Positions 9,653 through 20,457 of a DNA stretch of 64,000 bases are shown one piece after another. Made by a program: the position numbers and the translations under genes. The stretch lies in assembly GCA_051013385.1 (NCBI GenBank), contig CP143273.1, positions 1,568,001 through 1,632,000 on the forward strand, given 5' to 3'. Position 1 is the stretch's first letter. Each line of letters opens with the position of its first letter. Source of the DNA: Phormidium sp. (GTDB lineage Bacteria > Cyanobacteriota > Cyanobacteriia > Cyanobacteriales > Aerosakkonemataceae). Below the pieces are notes generated by a model that was not told the origin of the DNA, ran no database searches, and was given only the letters and a program-made list of their open reading frames with translations.

Positions 9653-11938
9653 CTACTCCTCCATTCCTATAACTTCATATATCAGTTGAGAATTAATTAC
9701 TAACGGACGAGGTGCAGCTATTCCATAGCCTTGAGCATTATCTATTCCCATTTCTTTCATTTTTAGCATAATACTATTATCTGTGACAAACTTGGCAATA
9801 GTTTTAATGCCTAAAATATGAGCAATTCGGTTAATCATATTGATCATTTCATAAGCTATCACATCATCGTTCACTTGTTGAACAAAATTGCCATTAATTT
9901 TCCAATAATCCACAGGGATTTGTTTTAAGTAATTCCCTGAACAAACGCCGATACCAAAGTCATCTAAGGCTAACTTAAAGCCCAAAGATTTCAAAGATTC
10001 TATTAGCTTTGTTGCTACATTAATATTAGAAATTACCACGCTTTCAGAGATTTCAAAACAAATAGATTCAGGCAAAATTTGATAGGTATCTAGTTGTGCC
10101 TTTATAAAATCAACTAATTCCTCATCTTTCACACTAGAAGCTGACAAGTTAATTGCATATAAATAACGGCTTTGTGCTTCCTGACTTTGCTGATGTAATA
10201 TCCCAAAAACAGTATCAATTACCCAGCGATCGATCGTCGTAATTAAATCATAACGTTCTGCCGCAGGTAAAAAAGCCATTGGCGGAATTATTTCCCCATT
10301 TTCATCGACCAAGCGCAGCAAGATTTCTTGAAATTCTAATCGAGATGGCTCAGAATTTAGGGGAAAGATTTGTTGACTATATAAACGGAATTGATTTTTA
10401 GCTAACTTATCTGTTCTCTTCGCAGAAATTGCTTGATTAATCTTCTGTAACCATTGTTCCGCCAGAGTTGTTTGTGCTGTTTCCACTTTATCAGGTTCGT
10501 AAGTATAAATACAATTACGCCCATTATTCTTGGCTTGGTAACAAGCAGCATCAGCCATATTCATTAAGCTTTCTATACTTTTAGTTTCGGCATTAATTGT
10601 CACCAAACCAATACTTACACCAATAGTAAAAGATTGATTATCCCAAATAAAACGAAATTCCCGGATACATTCTAAAAGTGATTGAGCAATAACTTGTCCT
10701 TGCTGAATGGAACAGTTAAACAATAGCAAGCCAAATTCATCGCCGCCCAGTCTTGCCAAAACATCTGTTTGACGCACTTGATTTTGCAACAAATTACTTA
10801 CTTGGCGCAACAGTTCATCACCCGCAGCATGACCGCAAGTATCATTAACAATCTTAAATTTATCTAAGTCTAAATAACACATTGCGTGTTGTTTGTTTTG
10901 GCTTTTAGCTGTTGCCAAACCTTCCTGTAAGCGTTTTCTGAATTCCTGACGATTAATTAATCCTGTAAGTGCATCATGACTAGCTTCCCAAGAAAGTTGT
11001 TGATTTACTTTAGTCAGTAAAGCTGTACGTTCTCCGATTAAATCTTCTAAGCGTTCCTGATATTGCTGTAATTCAATTAATGCTTGTTTGCGCTCGGTAA
11101 TATTTTCGACCATGCGAATATAGAATTGAGGTTTACCCTGGTCATCTCGTACTAGGTAAGCATGAACTTGACACCAAATCATCTGCCCATTTTTGCAAAG
11201 GTAGCGCTTTTCTTTTTGATAGCGATCGCTATCAATTAATGCCTGTCTATTTCTTAACAAATAACGTTTCCCTGGCACAGGATTTTCGCTATTTTCATCT
11301 TCTTTAGGCGAGGGTTGGGGAAGAATATTTTCTGTAAAATCGAAGGTAGTTAATTCTTTCTCGTTGTAACCTAACATTTTTTGCAATGCTGGGTTAATTG
11401 CGATCGTCCTTCCTGCCAAATCAATAATTTCAATCCCCAGACTAACTCCTTCAAAAAGTGAGCGAAAGTGCGCTTCTCTCTGTTTTAATGTTGCTTCAGC
11501 TTGTTGTTTTTCGGCAATTTCTGCTGCTAATTTTTGGTTGGCAATCTCTAATTCTGCTGGATTAGGAAGTGCTAAAGCTTGCGGAATTAAAGGCCACAAT
11601 TCTAAAGCTGTATACATTGAAACTAGTGCCGTCAGCGCTTTCACACCACCAGAAAGCCAGTAAACAGGGTGCCACAGCGTCCAAACTTCCAGCAGGTGAC
11701 TTGTCCCACAAGTAATAATAAAAGTGCCAAACAAGAAAAAAATGCTTTTAAAAGGTAAGTCCTGCCGCTTGTAGGCGAAGTATATCAGCATTAATGGAAT
11801 TGAATAGTAAGCTAATGCAGTCAACCCGTCTGATAGTACGTGCAACCAAACTAAGCCCGGATTCCACAAGTAGCAGTGTCCATGGGGTACAAAATTTTCT
11901 GAGAAAAACAACGCTTTGAATATCTCTTGCATAAACAA
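9653..11938 (-). CDS. Ethylene-receptor-type TM domain + PAS + GGDEF + EAL protein
   Basis: SDGLTALAYYSIP...CGTSH (ETR1-like), PAS/PAC, RLGGDEF, EIL/DDFG. Confidence 0.9.
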   Translation of the reverse strand: MFMQEIFKALFFSENFVPHGHCYLWNPGLVWLHVLSDGLTALAYYSIPLMLIYFAYKRQDLPFKSIFFLFGTFIITCGTSHLLEVWTLWHPVYWLSGGVKALTALVSMYTALELWPLIPQALALPNPAELEIANQKLAAEIAEKQQAEATLKQREAHFRSLFEGVSLGIEIIDLAGRTIAINPALQKMLGYNEKELTTFDFTENILPQPSPKEDENSENPVPGKRYLLRNRQALIDSDRYQKEKRYLCKNGQMIWCQVHAYLVRDDQGKPQFYIRMVENITERKQALIELQQYQERLEDLIGERTALLTKVNQQLSWEASHDALTGLINRQEFRKRLQEGLATAKSQNKQHAMCYLDLDKFKIVNDTCGHAAGDELLRQVSNLLQNQVRQTDVLARLGGDEFGLLLFNCSIQQGQVIAQSLLECIREFRFIWDNQSFTIGVSIGLVTINAETKSIESLMNMADAACYQAKNNGRNCIYTYEPDKVETAQTTLAEQWLQKINQAISAKRTDKLAKNQFRLYSQQIFPLNSEPSRLEFQEILLRLVDENGEIIPPMAFLPAAERYDLITTIDRWVIDTVFGILHQQSQEAQSRYLYAINLSASSVKDEELVDFIKAQLDTYQILPESICFEISESVVISNINVATKLIESLKSLGFKLALDDFGIGVCSGNYLKQIPVDYWKINGNFVQQVNDDVIAYEMINMINRIAHILGIKTIAKFVTDNSIMLKMKEMGIDNAQGYGIAAPRPLVINSQLIYEVIGMEE

Positions 11939-12156
11939 TTTCTCTGTTTAAAGATACTGTAAAATTTTCTCTTCTAAGCCAATTTTACAAAAAATATTTC
12001 TAAGATTTTATCTTAAGAATTTAAATTTAATCATTTTAAATATTACTCATCCAGAGTATTAAGTAAGTATTTTGCTCAGACTCGTGATTGATTAAAGACA
12101 GAGAAATATTCTCTCAATTAATGTTAAATTTTAATAGCTGAGTTAGAAGTGAAGTA

Positions 12157-13023
12157 ATGGGTAAACAGGGGCTCTTTGTGGGATTGGTGACGTTAGACTT
12201 AGTTTATTTAACGACAAATCCACCCGGTATAAATCAAAAAATAGTTGCTTTGGATTATACTGTAAGCGCAGGTGGCCCAGCAACAAATGCAGCTGTAACC
12301 TTTAGTTATTGGGAGAATACAGCTAAAATTTTAGGGGTAGTTGGGCAGCATCCAATTAGTCATTTAATTCGCTCTGATTTGGCAAACTATCGGGTAGAAA
12401 TTCAGGATTTAGATCCGGCTCGATTAAACCCAATACCAGTATCTTCTATTTTTGTGACCAATTCTACAGGCGATCGCGCTGTAATTTCGCTCAATGCTAC
12501 TAAATCCCAAGTAGCTGAAGAAAGTATTCCTAGTGATATCTTACAAGATATAGATATCATTTTAATCGATGGTCATCAAATGGCAGTTAGCCAAAAGATT
12601 GCCAAACTGAGTCAAGCAAAAAATATTCCTTTAGTAGTAGATGGTGGCAGTTGGAAACCGGGATTTGAAGAGTTGTTACCCTTCGTAAATTATGCAATAT
12701 GTTCGGCTAATTTTTATCCTCCCGGCTGTGAAACAACAGAGCAAGTAATTGCTTACCTTGCGGCATTAGGTATCCCGGACATTGCCATTACTCAAGGAGA
12801 AAAACCCATCCAATATCTATCTAAAGGCATAGCTGGATCAATAGAAGTTCCGGCAATTAAACCAGTAGATACTTTGGGTGCAGGAGATATTTTTCATGGA
12901 GCCTTCTGCCACTATATCTTGACCCGAGATTTTCTCCCGGCGCTGCAAGAAGCGGCAAAAGTTGCGGCTAAATCTTGTCAATATTTTGGCACAAGACGGT
13001 GGATGTCTGAGGAAATTTCCTGA
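12157..13023 (+). CDS. PfkB family carbohydrate kinase
   Basis: GGPATNAA and DTLGAGD motifs. Confidence 0.92.
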   Translation: MGKQGLFVGLVTLDLVYLTTNPPGINQKIVALDYTVSAGGPATNAAVTFSYWENTAKILGVVGQHPISHLIRSDLANYRVEIQDLDPARLNPIPVSSIFVTNSTGDRAVISLNATKSQVAEESIPSDILQDIDIILIDGHQMAVSQKIAKLSQAKNIPLVVDGGSWKPGFEELLPFVNYAICSANFYPPGCETTEQVIAYLAALGIPDIAITQGEKPIQYLSKGIAGSIEVPAIKPVDTLGAGDIFHGAFCHYILTRDFLPALQEAAKVAAKSCQYFGTRRWMSEEIS

Positions 13024-13219
13024 CTTTAGTAGCCCAAATGTTTTACTATCAAAGCATAAATAGAAGATCCGAAATATAAATTAAATAAATGCTATTTTAG
13101 TCTATTATCTAGTAGAATCTTGATTAACCAAACAAACTCAGGCTAAACTGGTGAGCAAGTTGCTAAGACTAACGAGTAGCATCAATAAACAGCTGGCGAA
13201 ATTATAAGGAAGTTTAGTA

Positions 13220-14116
13220 GTGTTGAAATATTTAGGGAAAGACCAATTTGAAGGGTTAGAAGAAGCGATCGCGATCGCCAAAACAGTAGGCTGGGGTGCA
13301 GCGGATATCTTGCGCTCTTATTATCGTGGCGAGTCCGATCGCGGCGAATTAAATATCCAACATAAAAAAGAAGGGCCAGTCACAGCAGCAGATATAGTGA
13401 CAAACCAATATATTCTTGACGAATTAGAAGCCAAATTTGGCACCCAAGACTTTGGTTATCTCACAGAAGAAACATATAAATTCGAGTCAAAAGGAGTCAT
13501 GTCTCCCCCATTATCTCAAGAGTGGATTTGGATTATAGACCCCTTAGATGGCACCAGAGATTTTATTGAACAAACAGGCGAATATGCAGTACAAATTGCC
13601 TTAGTTTATCAAAATCGTCCCATAGCTGCCGTAGTAGTTTGGCCGGAAGCAGAAAAATTATATTATGCCATTAAAGGTAGCGGTACTTTTGTCGAAACAC
13701 GCCAGGGAAATCCCAATCCCGTAAAAGTTTCCCAACGCCAAAATCTTGAAGATTTATCATTAGTAGTCAGTCGCACTCACCGAGATGAACGGTTTAACTA
13801 TTTATTGCAAAATTTACCATGCAAAAATCAACAATATGTCGGCAGTGTTGGCTGCAAAATTGCCACGATCGTCGAACAAAGAGCCGATGTTTACATTTCC
13901 CTTTCCGGTAAATCTGCCCCCAAAGATTGGGATATTGCCGCACCAGAATTAATTCTCACCGAAGCCGGAGGAAAATTTACTTATTTAGATGGTTCTCCTC
14001 TAAATTACAATCGCGGAGATGTGAATCAATGGGGTTGCTTAATTGCCAGCAACGGTCAATGTCACGAAGAATTATGTAATCAAACAAAACAAATTTTGGC
14101 ACAATTAGAAAGTTAA
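13220..14116 (+). CDS. cysQ: 3'(2'),5'-bisphosphate nucleotidase / inositol monophosphatase family
   Basis: TEE, WIIDPLDGT, WDIAA motifs. Confidence 0.85.
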   Translation: MLKYLGKDQFEGLEEAIAIAKTVGWGAADILRSYYRGESDRGELNIQHKKEGPVTAADIVTNQYILDELEAKFGTQDFGYLTEETYKFESKGVMSPPLSQEWIWIIDPLDGTRDFIEQTGEYAVQIALVYQNRPIAAVVVWPEAEKLYYAIKGSGTFVETRQGNPNPVKVSQRQNLEDLSLVVSRTHRDERFNYLLQNLPCKNQQYVGSVGCKIATIVEQRADVYISLSGKSAPKDWDIAAPELILTEAGGKFTYLDGSPLNYNRGDVNQWGCLIASNGQCHEELCNQTKQILAQLES

Positions 14117-14127
14117 AAATCCACACC

Positions 14128-14234
14128 GTAGGGTGCGTTAGCGCAGGGTAACGCACCTATAATTCCTCGTGAGTCAAGAGAGTACATTGAAGATAGAGGC
14201 AATGGTGCGTTAGCGCCAGCGTAACGCACCCGAC
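14128..14234. repeat. GTAG-type REP pair
   Basis: GTAGGGTGCGTTAGCG...TAACGCACC units inverted between convergent genes. Confidence 0.8.
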
Positions 14235-14237
14235 AAA

Positions 14238-14885
14238 TTAATTAATTCGCGTTGCCATCACCGCATAAAAAGGATCGCCACCACCAGCACCAATTAACTG
14301 TAAAATTTTTGGAACAGTGGAGGCACGAATAATTACTTCTGGTTCACTAAAACCGGGAACTAAAGTAAAATAGCGTTTGACTAATTCTACTCGACCAATT
14401 TCCGAATTATCGCGCCATGCAGTAATAGCTTTTTGATAAAACATTCGGTTAGAAAAGCTAATAATTGCGATTCCACCAGGCTTGAGAATGCGATGAATTT
14501 CCGAAAAAATAGCATCCGGGTATTGCAAATACTGCACAGAAACACAGTTAAGAACTGCATCAAAATCTTGATCTGGCAAAGGTAATTTAGGATTCTGGTT
14601 GAGGTTTTGCAAAAAGTAATGATTTAAGCGAGTATTGCGTGCTAATTCCTCTTCGTTCATCCCATGACCTTCCACATGAGCAAATTCTATCTCATCTGGT
14701 AGGTGAGAAACCCAACTACTCATCATATCAAAAATACGAGTATTAGCTTTTAAGCGTTCCTGATACAAATCAGTTAATTTCTGAATAAACCCATCATCTA
14801 CATGAGTAACAAAGCGAGGAAAAGAGTAGAACAGGGAATCATCTGTGTCATCTAACTTAGTGCGTTGATTAGGTCGGAGGAGCAT
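14238..14885 (-). CDS. Class I SAM-dependent methyltransferase
   Basis: PRFVTHVDD, DMMSSWVSHLP, SVQYL, SFSNRMF. Confidence 0.85.
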   Translation of the reverse strand: MLLRPNQRTKLDDTDDSLFYSFPRFVTHVDDGFIQKLTDLYQERLKANTRIFDMMSSWVSHLPDEIEFAHVEGHGMNEEELARNTRLNHYFLQNLNQNPKLPLPDQDFDAVLNCVSVQYLQYPDAIFSEIHRILKPGGIAIISFSNRMFYQKAITAWRDNSEIGRVELVKRYFTLVPGFSEPEVIIRASTVPKILQLIGAGGGDPFYAVMATRIN

Positions 14886-14947
14886 GACTTGAAAATTATA
14901 AAAACAGCAGCTACTTAGTAATTATAAATAAATGTAACGAATCGGGA

Positions 14948-15143
14948 GCAGAGGGGCAGAGGGGCAGAGGGGCAGAGGGGCAGAGGGGCAGAGGGGCAGA
15001 GGGGCAGAGGGGAGAAAAAAATTTAAACTAACTCTTCAAATCTCCTTACCTCCCTACCTCCCTATCTCTCTGCCCTTCTGCCTTCTAGCTTCTGCCTTCT
15101 GCCCCTCTGCTCCCCTGCTCCTCTGCTCCCCTGCTCCCCTGCC
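14948..15143. repeat. Octamer tandem repeats (GCAGAGGG x8) with complementary degenerate tract downstream
   Basis: Direct reading. Confidence 0.9.
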
Positions 15144-15146
15144 TTT

Positions 15147-15923
15147 TTATGTGGCGCGAGAATCTACTTGTTGTAGGATTTGTTCAACTTGTTTAGCTTT
15201 GGGAAATTCCTTGCGTTTAATGAATATTTCTCTGGCTTTTCTTAAATTAGCAACCCCCTCATCTTTATTACCTTGTTGCAAAAAAGCTAGTCCTAAATTG
15301 GTTAAAGCGTCGGGATATTCAGCATTAATTTTTAAAGCTTCGTTCCACTGCTCAATTGCTTCTGGTAATTGACCTTGTTTAGCTAAAGCGACACCCAAAG
15401 AATTCCGAGCGACGGCGTGTTTAGGATTAATTTCTATTGCTTTGCGATATTCTGCGATCGCGTCTTCTCCTCTACCTTGGCGCTCCAAAATTATTCCTAA
15501 CCTTAAATAAGGAGTTGGTTCTTTAGGAAAAGAAGTAATCAATTGCCTAAAAATTGTTTCCGCAGCAGCCATATTTCCCTGGGTATAAAGCTCAGTACCA
15601 TAACTGACAATTTGCCCATAACCAGAGACAACATCTGTGCAATTTTTCTTGTTATCAGTAGCGTTAACAACACATCTTTGTAACTTTTCTTCCTTAACCT
15701 CATAATCACCTGGACTTGCGGAAGCACCAGGTTGAATTCGTCTTGGTGATGCACCAGGTTGAACTCGCAAACTATCCGCTTGTGCAAAGCTAGGTTGAGC
15801 CAACATTAAAGCCGATGCTCCCCAACCAGCGACGATGCTAAAAGCCATCCAAATTAGCGGTTGATTTAATCCCTTGTTCACGCTGTTAATTTTCATAAGC
15901 CTGCTGTGCTGACTCCTCGACAA
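15147..15923 (-). CDS. Secreted TPR-repeat protein
   Basis: Signal-like N-terminus and about 4 TPR motifs. Confidence 0.85.
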   Translation of the reverse strand: MSRSQHSRLMKINSVNKGLNQPLIWMAFSIVAGWGASALMLAQPSFAQADSLRVQPGASPRRIQPGASASPGDYEVKEEKLQRCVVNATDNKKNCTDVVSGYGQIVSYGTELYTQGNMAAAETIFRQLITSFPKEPTPYLRLGIILERQGRGEDAIAEYRKAIEINPKHAVARNSLGVALAKQGQLPEAIEQWNEALKINAEYPDALTNLGLAFLQQGNKDEGVANLRKAREIFIKRKEFPKAKQVEQILQQVDSRAT

Positions 15924-16110
15924 TTAGCAATACTACTACTACTGTGACCTTTATTTTCAGCTTTGTAGGTTATCAACCATACTGCATTGCCTTGTAGCAT
16001 ATTCCTTTTTTCTAGTCAAGTAACTGAATGTGCAACAGTTCATCCCATTGTATGAGTTACTAATCTTATGTGCAGAATAAAGATAGGGTAATTAAAGCTA
16101 CAAAATCACA

Positions 16111-18012
16111 ATGCAATCAGCAACATTAGAAAAATCTCAGGCAAATCTGCCACCGCTAATTCCCCGTGAAATTCTGTTCGGGAACCCAGAAAAAACCAGT
16201 CCCAGACTTTCACCAGATGGCAAATATTTGGCGTACATCGCCCCTGACGAGAACAACATCTTGCAAGTTTGGCTGCGAACAGTGGGACAGGAAGATGACC
16301 AAATCATCACCGCAGACAAAAAGCGGGGGATTCGGATTTTCTTCTGGACTTACAACCCCGACCAGCTAATGTATATGCAAGACTCGGACGGCGACGAGAA
16401 TTTTCACCTTTACTTGGTGAACATTAAATCGAAAATTGTCCGAGATTTAACGCCATTTCAAGGAGTCAAAGCAGAACCGATCGATCTAGACCCCAAATTC
16501 CCCAATTTAGTATTAGTGGGAATGAACTTAAACGACCCACAAACATTTGACGTTTTTCGCATCAATTTAGAAAATGGTGCAGTAGAATTCGACACAAAAA
16601 ACCCCGGTAATATTATTAGTTGGACGGCTGACGCTGACTTCCAAATTCGCGCCGCTACAGCGAGCACACCTGATGGCGGTTCGGAATTATTATTTCGGGA
16701 AACAGTTGATAAATCTTGGGAAAGTTTGCGCCGTTGGAGTCCTGATGAAGATGGCGGCGCTGTGGGTTTTTCTGCTGATGGTAAAACCCTTTATATGGAA
16801 GGCAATCATGATGCCAATGCTCAACGTTTAATTGCTTTTGACCTAGCTAATCGTCAAGAAACTGTAATTGCCCAAGACCCACAATATGATGTTGGGGGTG
16901 TGATGATACAACCAATAACGCGAGTTATTGAAGCGGTTTCTTTTTACAAAGATAAGCAGGAATGGCAAATTTTAGACGAAAGCATTGCCGCAGATTTTGC
17001 GGAAATTGCCAAAGTTCGTCCAGGAGAGTTTTTCATCAGCAGTCGAGATTTAGCTGATAAAAATTGGCTAGTTGCTTACATGACTGATGATGGCCCTGTT
17101 TACTATTACGCCTATAATCGGGAGACAAAAACTAGCACTTTTCTGTTTAGTAATCAGCCAAAGTTGGAAGGGTTGCAGTTAGCAGCAATGCAGCCTATTT
17201 CTTATCAAACTAGGGATGGTTTAACTATTCATGGTTACTTAACAACTCCGGTTGGAATTGCTGCCCAAAATTTACCGACTATTCTATTAGTTCATGGTGG
17301 CCCTTGGGCTAGGGATACTTGGGGTTATGACCCGGAAGCGCAATGGTTAGCTAACCGAGGTTATGGGGTTTTACAAGTTAATTTTCGCGGTTCTACTGGT
17401 TACGGCAAAGATTTCTTGAATGCTGCTAATCGGGAATGGGCTGGCAAAATGCACGATGATTTAATTGATGCGGTAAATTGGTTGGTGGAAAAGGGCATTT
17501 CTGACCGAGAAAAAGTTGCCATTATGGGCGGTTCTTATGGTGGTTATGCCACTTTAGTTGGTTTAACTTTTACGCCGGAAGTGTTTGCTTGTGGTGTGGA
17601 TATTGTTGGCCCTAGTAATTTGATGACTTTGTTGCAAACGATTCCTCCTTATTGGGAACCAATGAAGGTGCAAATGTATCATCGTATTGGCAATATGGAG
17701 ACGGAACCGGAGTTTTTGCAAGCGCGATCGCCTTTGTTCTTTTGCGATCGCATTCAAAAACCTTTACTAATAGGTCAAGGTGCCAACGATCCCAGAGTAA
17801 AACAATCAGAAAGTGACCAAATTGTTGAAGCAATGAAAAAAGCAGATTTACCTGTGGAATATGTGCTTTATCCTGATGAAGGTCACGGTTTTGCCCGTCC
17901 CGAAAATCGTCTACATTTCTATGCTGTTGCTGAAGAGTTTCTCGCCAAATATTTAGGCGGTAGATCTGAACCTGCAACTAATATTCAGGGACATTCGGCT
18001 TTGATTAAATAA
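16111..18012 (+). CDS. S9 family (prolyl oligopeptidase/acylaminoacyl) peptidase
   Basis: VHGGP, GGSYGG nucleophile, NDPRV, EGHG. Confidence 0.95.
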   Translation: MQSATLEKSQANLPPLIPREILFGNPEKTSPRLSPDGKYLAYIAPDENNILQVWLRTVGQEDDQIITADKKRGIRIFFWTYNPDQLMYMQDSDGDENFHLYLVNIKSKIVRDLTPFQGVKAEPIDLDPKFPNLVLVGMNLNDPQTFDVFRINLENGAVEFDTKNPGNIISWTADADFQIRAATASTPDGGSELLFRETVDKSWESLRRWSPDEDGGAVGFSADGKTLYMEGNHDANAQRLIAFDLANRQETVIAQDPQYDVGGVMIQPITRVIEAVSFYKDKQEWQILDESIAADFAEIAKVRPGEFFISSRDLADKNWLVAYMTDDGPVYYYAYNRETKTSTFLFSNQPKLEGLQLAAMQPISYQTRDGLTIHGYLTTPVGIAAQNLPTILLVHGGPWARDTWGYDPEAQWLANRGYGVLQVNFRGSTGYGKDFLNAANREWAGKMHDDLIDAVNWLVEKGISDREKVAIMGGSYGGYATLVGLTFTPEVFACGVDIVGPSNLMTLLQTIPPYWEPMKVQMYHRIGNMETEPEFLQARSPLFFCDRIQKPLLIGQGANDPRVKQSESDQIVEAMKKADLPVEYVLYPDEGHGFARPENRLHFYAVAEEFLAKYLGGRSEPATNIQGHSALIK

Positions 18013-18017
18013 GATTA

Positions 18018-18060
18018 GGTACGTTGTTGCGCTTTAGCGAAGACAGCGCAACAACGTACC
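18018..18060. repeat. Short REP doublet, GTACGTTGTTGCGC family
   Basis: Same form as 6900-6939. Confidence 0.85.
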
Positions 18061-18065
18061 CTTAA

Positions 18066-18578
18066 TTAACAACTATCTTGGACAATAATCAAATCATTTA
18101 AACGAAATTTGGCAATTTGGGCTATTTCGGTTAATGCTTGTGCCATTTCTACTTCAGGCGAATTTTTAATTCGGTGTTCAAAAGCAGCTAAAATGCTATC
18201 TTTTGTATGATTTTTAACGGCGATAATAAAAGGAAAACCAAATTGATCTTTGTAAGTTTGATTCAGGGAATGAAATCTTTGATATTCTTCCGGTGTTAAT
18301 TTATCCAAACCTATACCAGCTTGTTCTTTTACGGAAGCTTCCGCCATTTTTGCTTTAGTTCCTAAGTCTGGATGGGCGCAAATTAAGTTTAATTGTTGTT
18401 CTTTACTGGCTGTTTGGACGACTTCTACCATAGTTTGATGTAGGACGGATATGTCAGCGAAAGGGCGTTTTTGCCAAGCGTTTTCCGGTATCCAAGGTGA
18501 ATGTTCAAAGATTGTTGCTAAAGCTTCGGTAAAAGCTTGTTGGTTCATTTGATTGAGTTGGGAAATGGTATATTGCAT
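18066..18578 (-). CDS. uraD: OHCU decarboxylase
   Basis: FEHSPW, AHPDLG, EQAG, FGFPFIIAV. Confidence 0.93.
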   Translation of the reverse strand: MQYTISQLNQMNQQAFTEALATIFEHSPWIPENAWQKRPFADISVLHQTMVEVVQTASKEQQLNLICAHPDLGTKAKMAEASVKEQAGIGLDKLTPEEYQRFHSLNQTYKDQFGFPFIIAVKNHTKDSILAAFEHRIKNSPEVEMAQALTEIAQIAKFRLNDLIIVQDSC

Positions 18579-18596
18579 AGTTAATTTGAGAAGAAA

Positions 18597-18702
18597 GGGA
18601 ACAGGGAACAGGCAACAGGCAACAGGGAGACGGGAAAGGGTAAAGGGTAAAGGATAAATTATTGATTATCTCCTCTGCCCCCCTGCCCCCCTGCCCCCCT
18701 GC
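18597..18702. repeat. STRR-type heptamer/octamer repeats (GGGAACA, CCCCTGC)
   Basis: Direct reading. Confidence 0.75.
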
Positions 18703-20058
18703 TTAAGTACGTTCCATCCAACCGCGCATTTTTCCGGGGTTCATTAAACCGTAAGGATCGACCATTTCTTTAAATTTGACTTGGGCGATATCAATAGTTT
18801 TTCTGCCGCCATCTTCTAATATATGTACGTGAGGATTGGGGATGAAAATTCCGCGTTCTTCGTGATAGTGAATAATTTCATTTAAGCGTTCTTCTGTGGT
18901 GAAGCGAACTACTTGTAAACCTGCGGGAACGGCTACCCCACCAATCCGCAAAAATTCCAAGTGCATCATTACTTCACCGCCAAAATGATAATATAACTCT
19001 TCAACTAGTGAGAGACTTTTATCTGGGGGGAAAACGCTTTGCAAATAAGTTAAGGAAGTATCGACATTGCGGGCGTGTAAAGTTGTATGATTCCAGGTAA
19101 ATTCGGCAATATTGAAACCTTTACCTGCATCTTGGGAAGATTTTTGATATGTAATTTTGCCGTCAAATTGTTGGACTAAATCTTGTAAGGGTTCTAAACT
19201 GGTTTCTGATACGATTAATAGGGCGGCATGGGTGTTGTCTGGAAGATACGATCGCAAAGCCGTAAAATAAGTAGGAATCGGCCATGCAGTAATACAAATT
19301 AACTTTTTAATCATCCCATCTGCATCAGCCAAAGTTTGCCCAAATTTGGCAGCTGTCATAAAATCATCGAAAGTGACTATTATTTCTGCCCAAGGATAAG
19401 CAGGCGCTAAAGGAATTTCTAATTCTGTAATAATGCCATTCACACCCCAAGCATGATTAACTTTTTGCACATCATCTCCCCGCAATTCAATTACACGGGG
19501 TTGGTCTTCCATTGTAATAACTTTTAATGCTAAAAGATTGCCGCGATCGCCAAGTAAGCCATAATTAATAGAACCTATTCCACCACTTCCCCCCGCAATA
19601 AAACCCCCAATTGTTGCAATACGATAAGTGGAAGGAGCCATTCGCATTTCCCAGCCAATTTCTCTGCCTTTTTTATCTAACTGCGCCAGTTTTACTCCCG
19701 CTTCTACCCTGGCTACCCCTGGCTTTACCCACAAAATTTCCTGCATTCGCGTCATATCTAGAATGACACCACCATGCAAAGGCACGCATTGTCCATAATT
19801 TCCTGTTCCCGCACCACGCACTGTTAGCGGTATTTTATACTCAACGCAAGCCGCTGCTACTCGGAGAACTTCGGCTTCGTTCACCGGACGAACTACCACA
19901 TCTCCGGTTTTTCCTGCTAACTTCGGTTGCAATACAGGACTAAAAGTATGATAATCCTGAGAAAGCTTTGTAACTTGCACAGGATCAGTAATTACCTCAA
20001 TTCCTGGAAATAGGGTGGAAGCATCCCAATCTTTTGATTTTGTTGGAGTTAATGTCAT
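18703..20058 (-). CDS. FAD-binding oxidoreductase (VAO/GlcD-like)
   Basis: RGAGTGNYG, ATIGGFIAGG, DPYGLMNPGK. Confidence 0.9.
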   Translation of the reverse strand: MTLTPTKSKDWDASTLFPGIEVITDPVQVTKLSQDYHTFSPVLQPKLAGKTGDVVVRPVNEAEVLRVAAACVEYKIPLTVRGAGTGNYGQCVPLHGGVILDMTRMQEILWVKPGVARVEAGVKLAQLDKKGREIGWEMRMAPSTYRIATIGGFIAGGSGGIGSINYGLLGDRGNLLALKVITMEDQPRVIELRGDDVQKVNHAWGVNGIITELEIPLAPAYPWAEIIVTFDDFMTAAKFGQTLADADGMIKKLICITAWPIPTYFTALRSYLPDNTHAALLIVSETSLEPLQDLVQQFDGKITYQKSSQDAGKGFNIAEFTWNHTTLHARNVDTSLTYLQSVFPPDKSLSLVEELYYHFGGEVMMHLEFLRIGGVAVPAGLQVVRFTTEERLNEIIHYHEERGIFIPNPHVHILEDGGRKTIDIAQVKFKEMVDPYGLMNPGKMRGWMERT

Positions 20059-20457
20059 TGCCGTAAGTTAGTCTTTGACTATGAACAATATTAAAATGCC
20101 TGTTACAGAAAGTTTGTGTTTTTGTTGGCAATTAATCAGGTGTAAAATTAAAGATTACCTTAATTTTAAGAGAGGGAACTGAGGATTACAAGGAATTTTT
20201 GTCAATAGCTCCGATCGACCTTGCTCCTTCCCCTGACTGCAAATTGTAAAATCTACCATAAATTTGTTATAGAATTTATTTAATTAATGTAAATTTAAAT
20301 AAATTAAATCTAATTTTATGAATTCCTAAGCAAAATAAAGTAAAATTATATACAAAGACATATACGAAAAATCTTTTAAGGATGCCAGAGTAGAGCAAAT
20401 AGTTAAATTTAGCTAAGAGTAACATAACAGCCTATTCGGAGTAATTAGACTAAGAGC

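Noticed and set aside
13130..13200. Possible c-di-GMP riboswitch upstream of cysQ
   Set aside because: Lacks the GNRA tetraloop/receptor and paired stems of the class I consensus.
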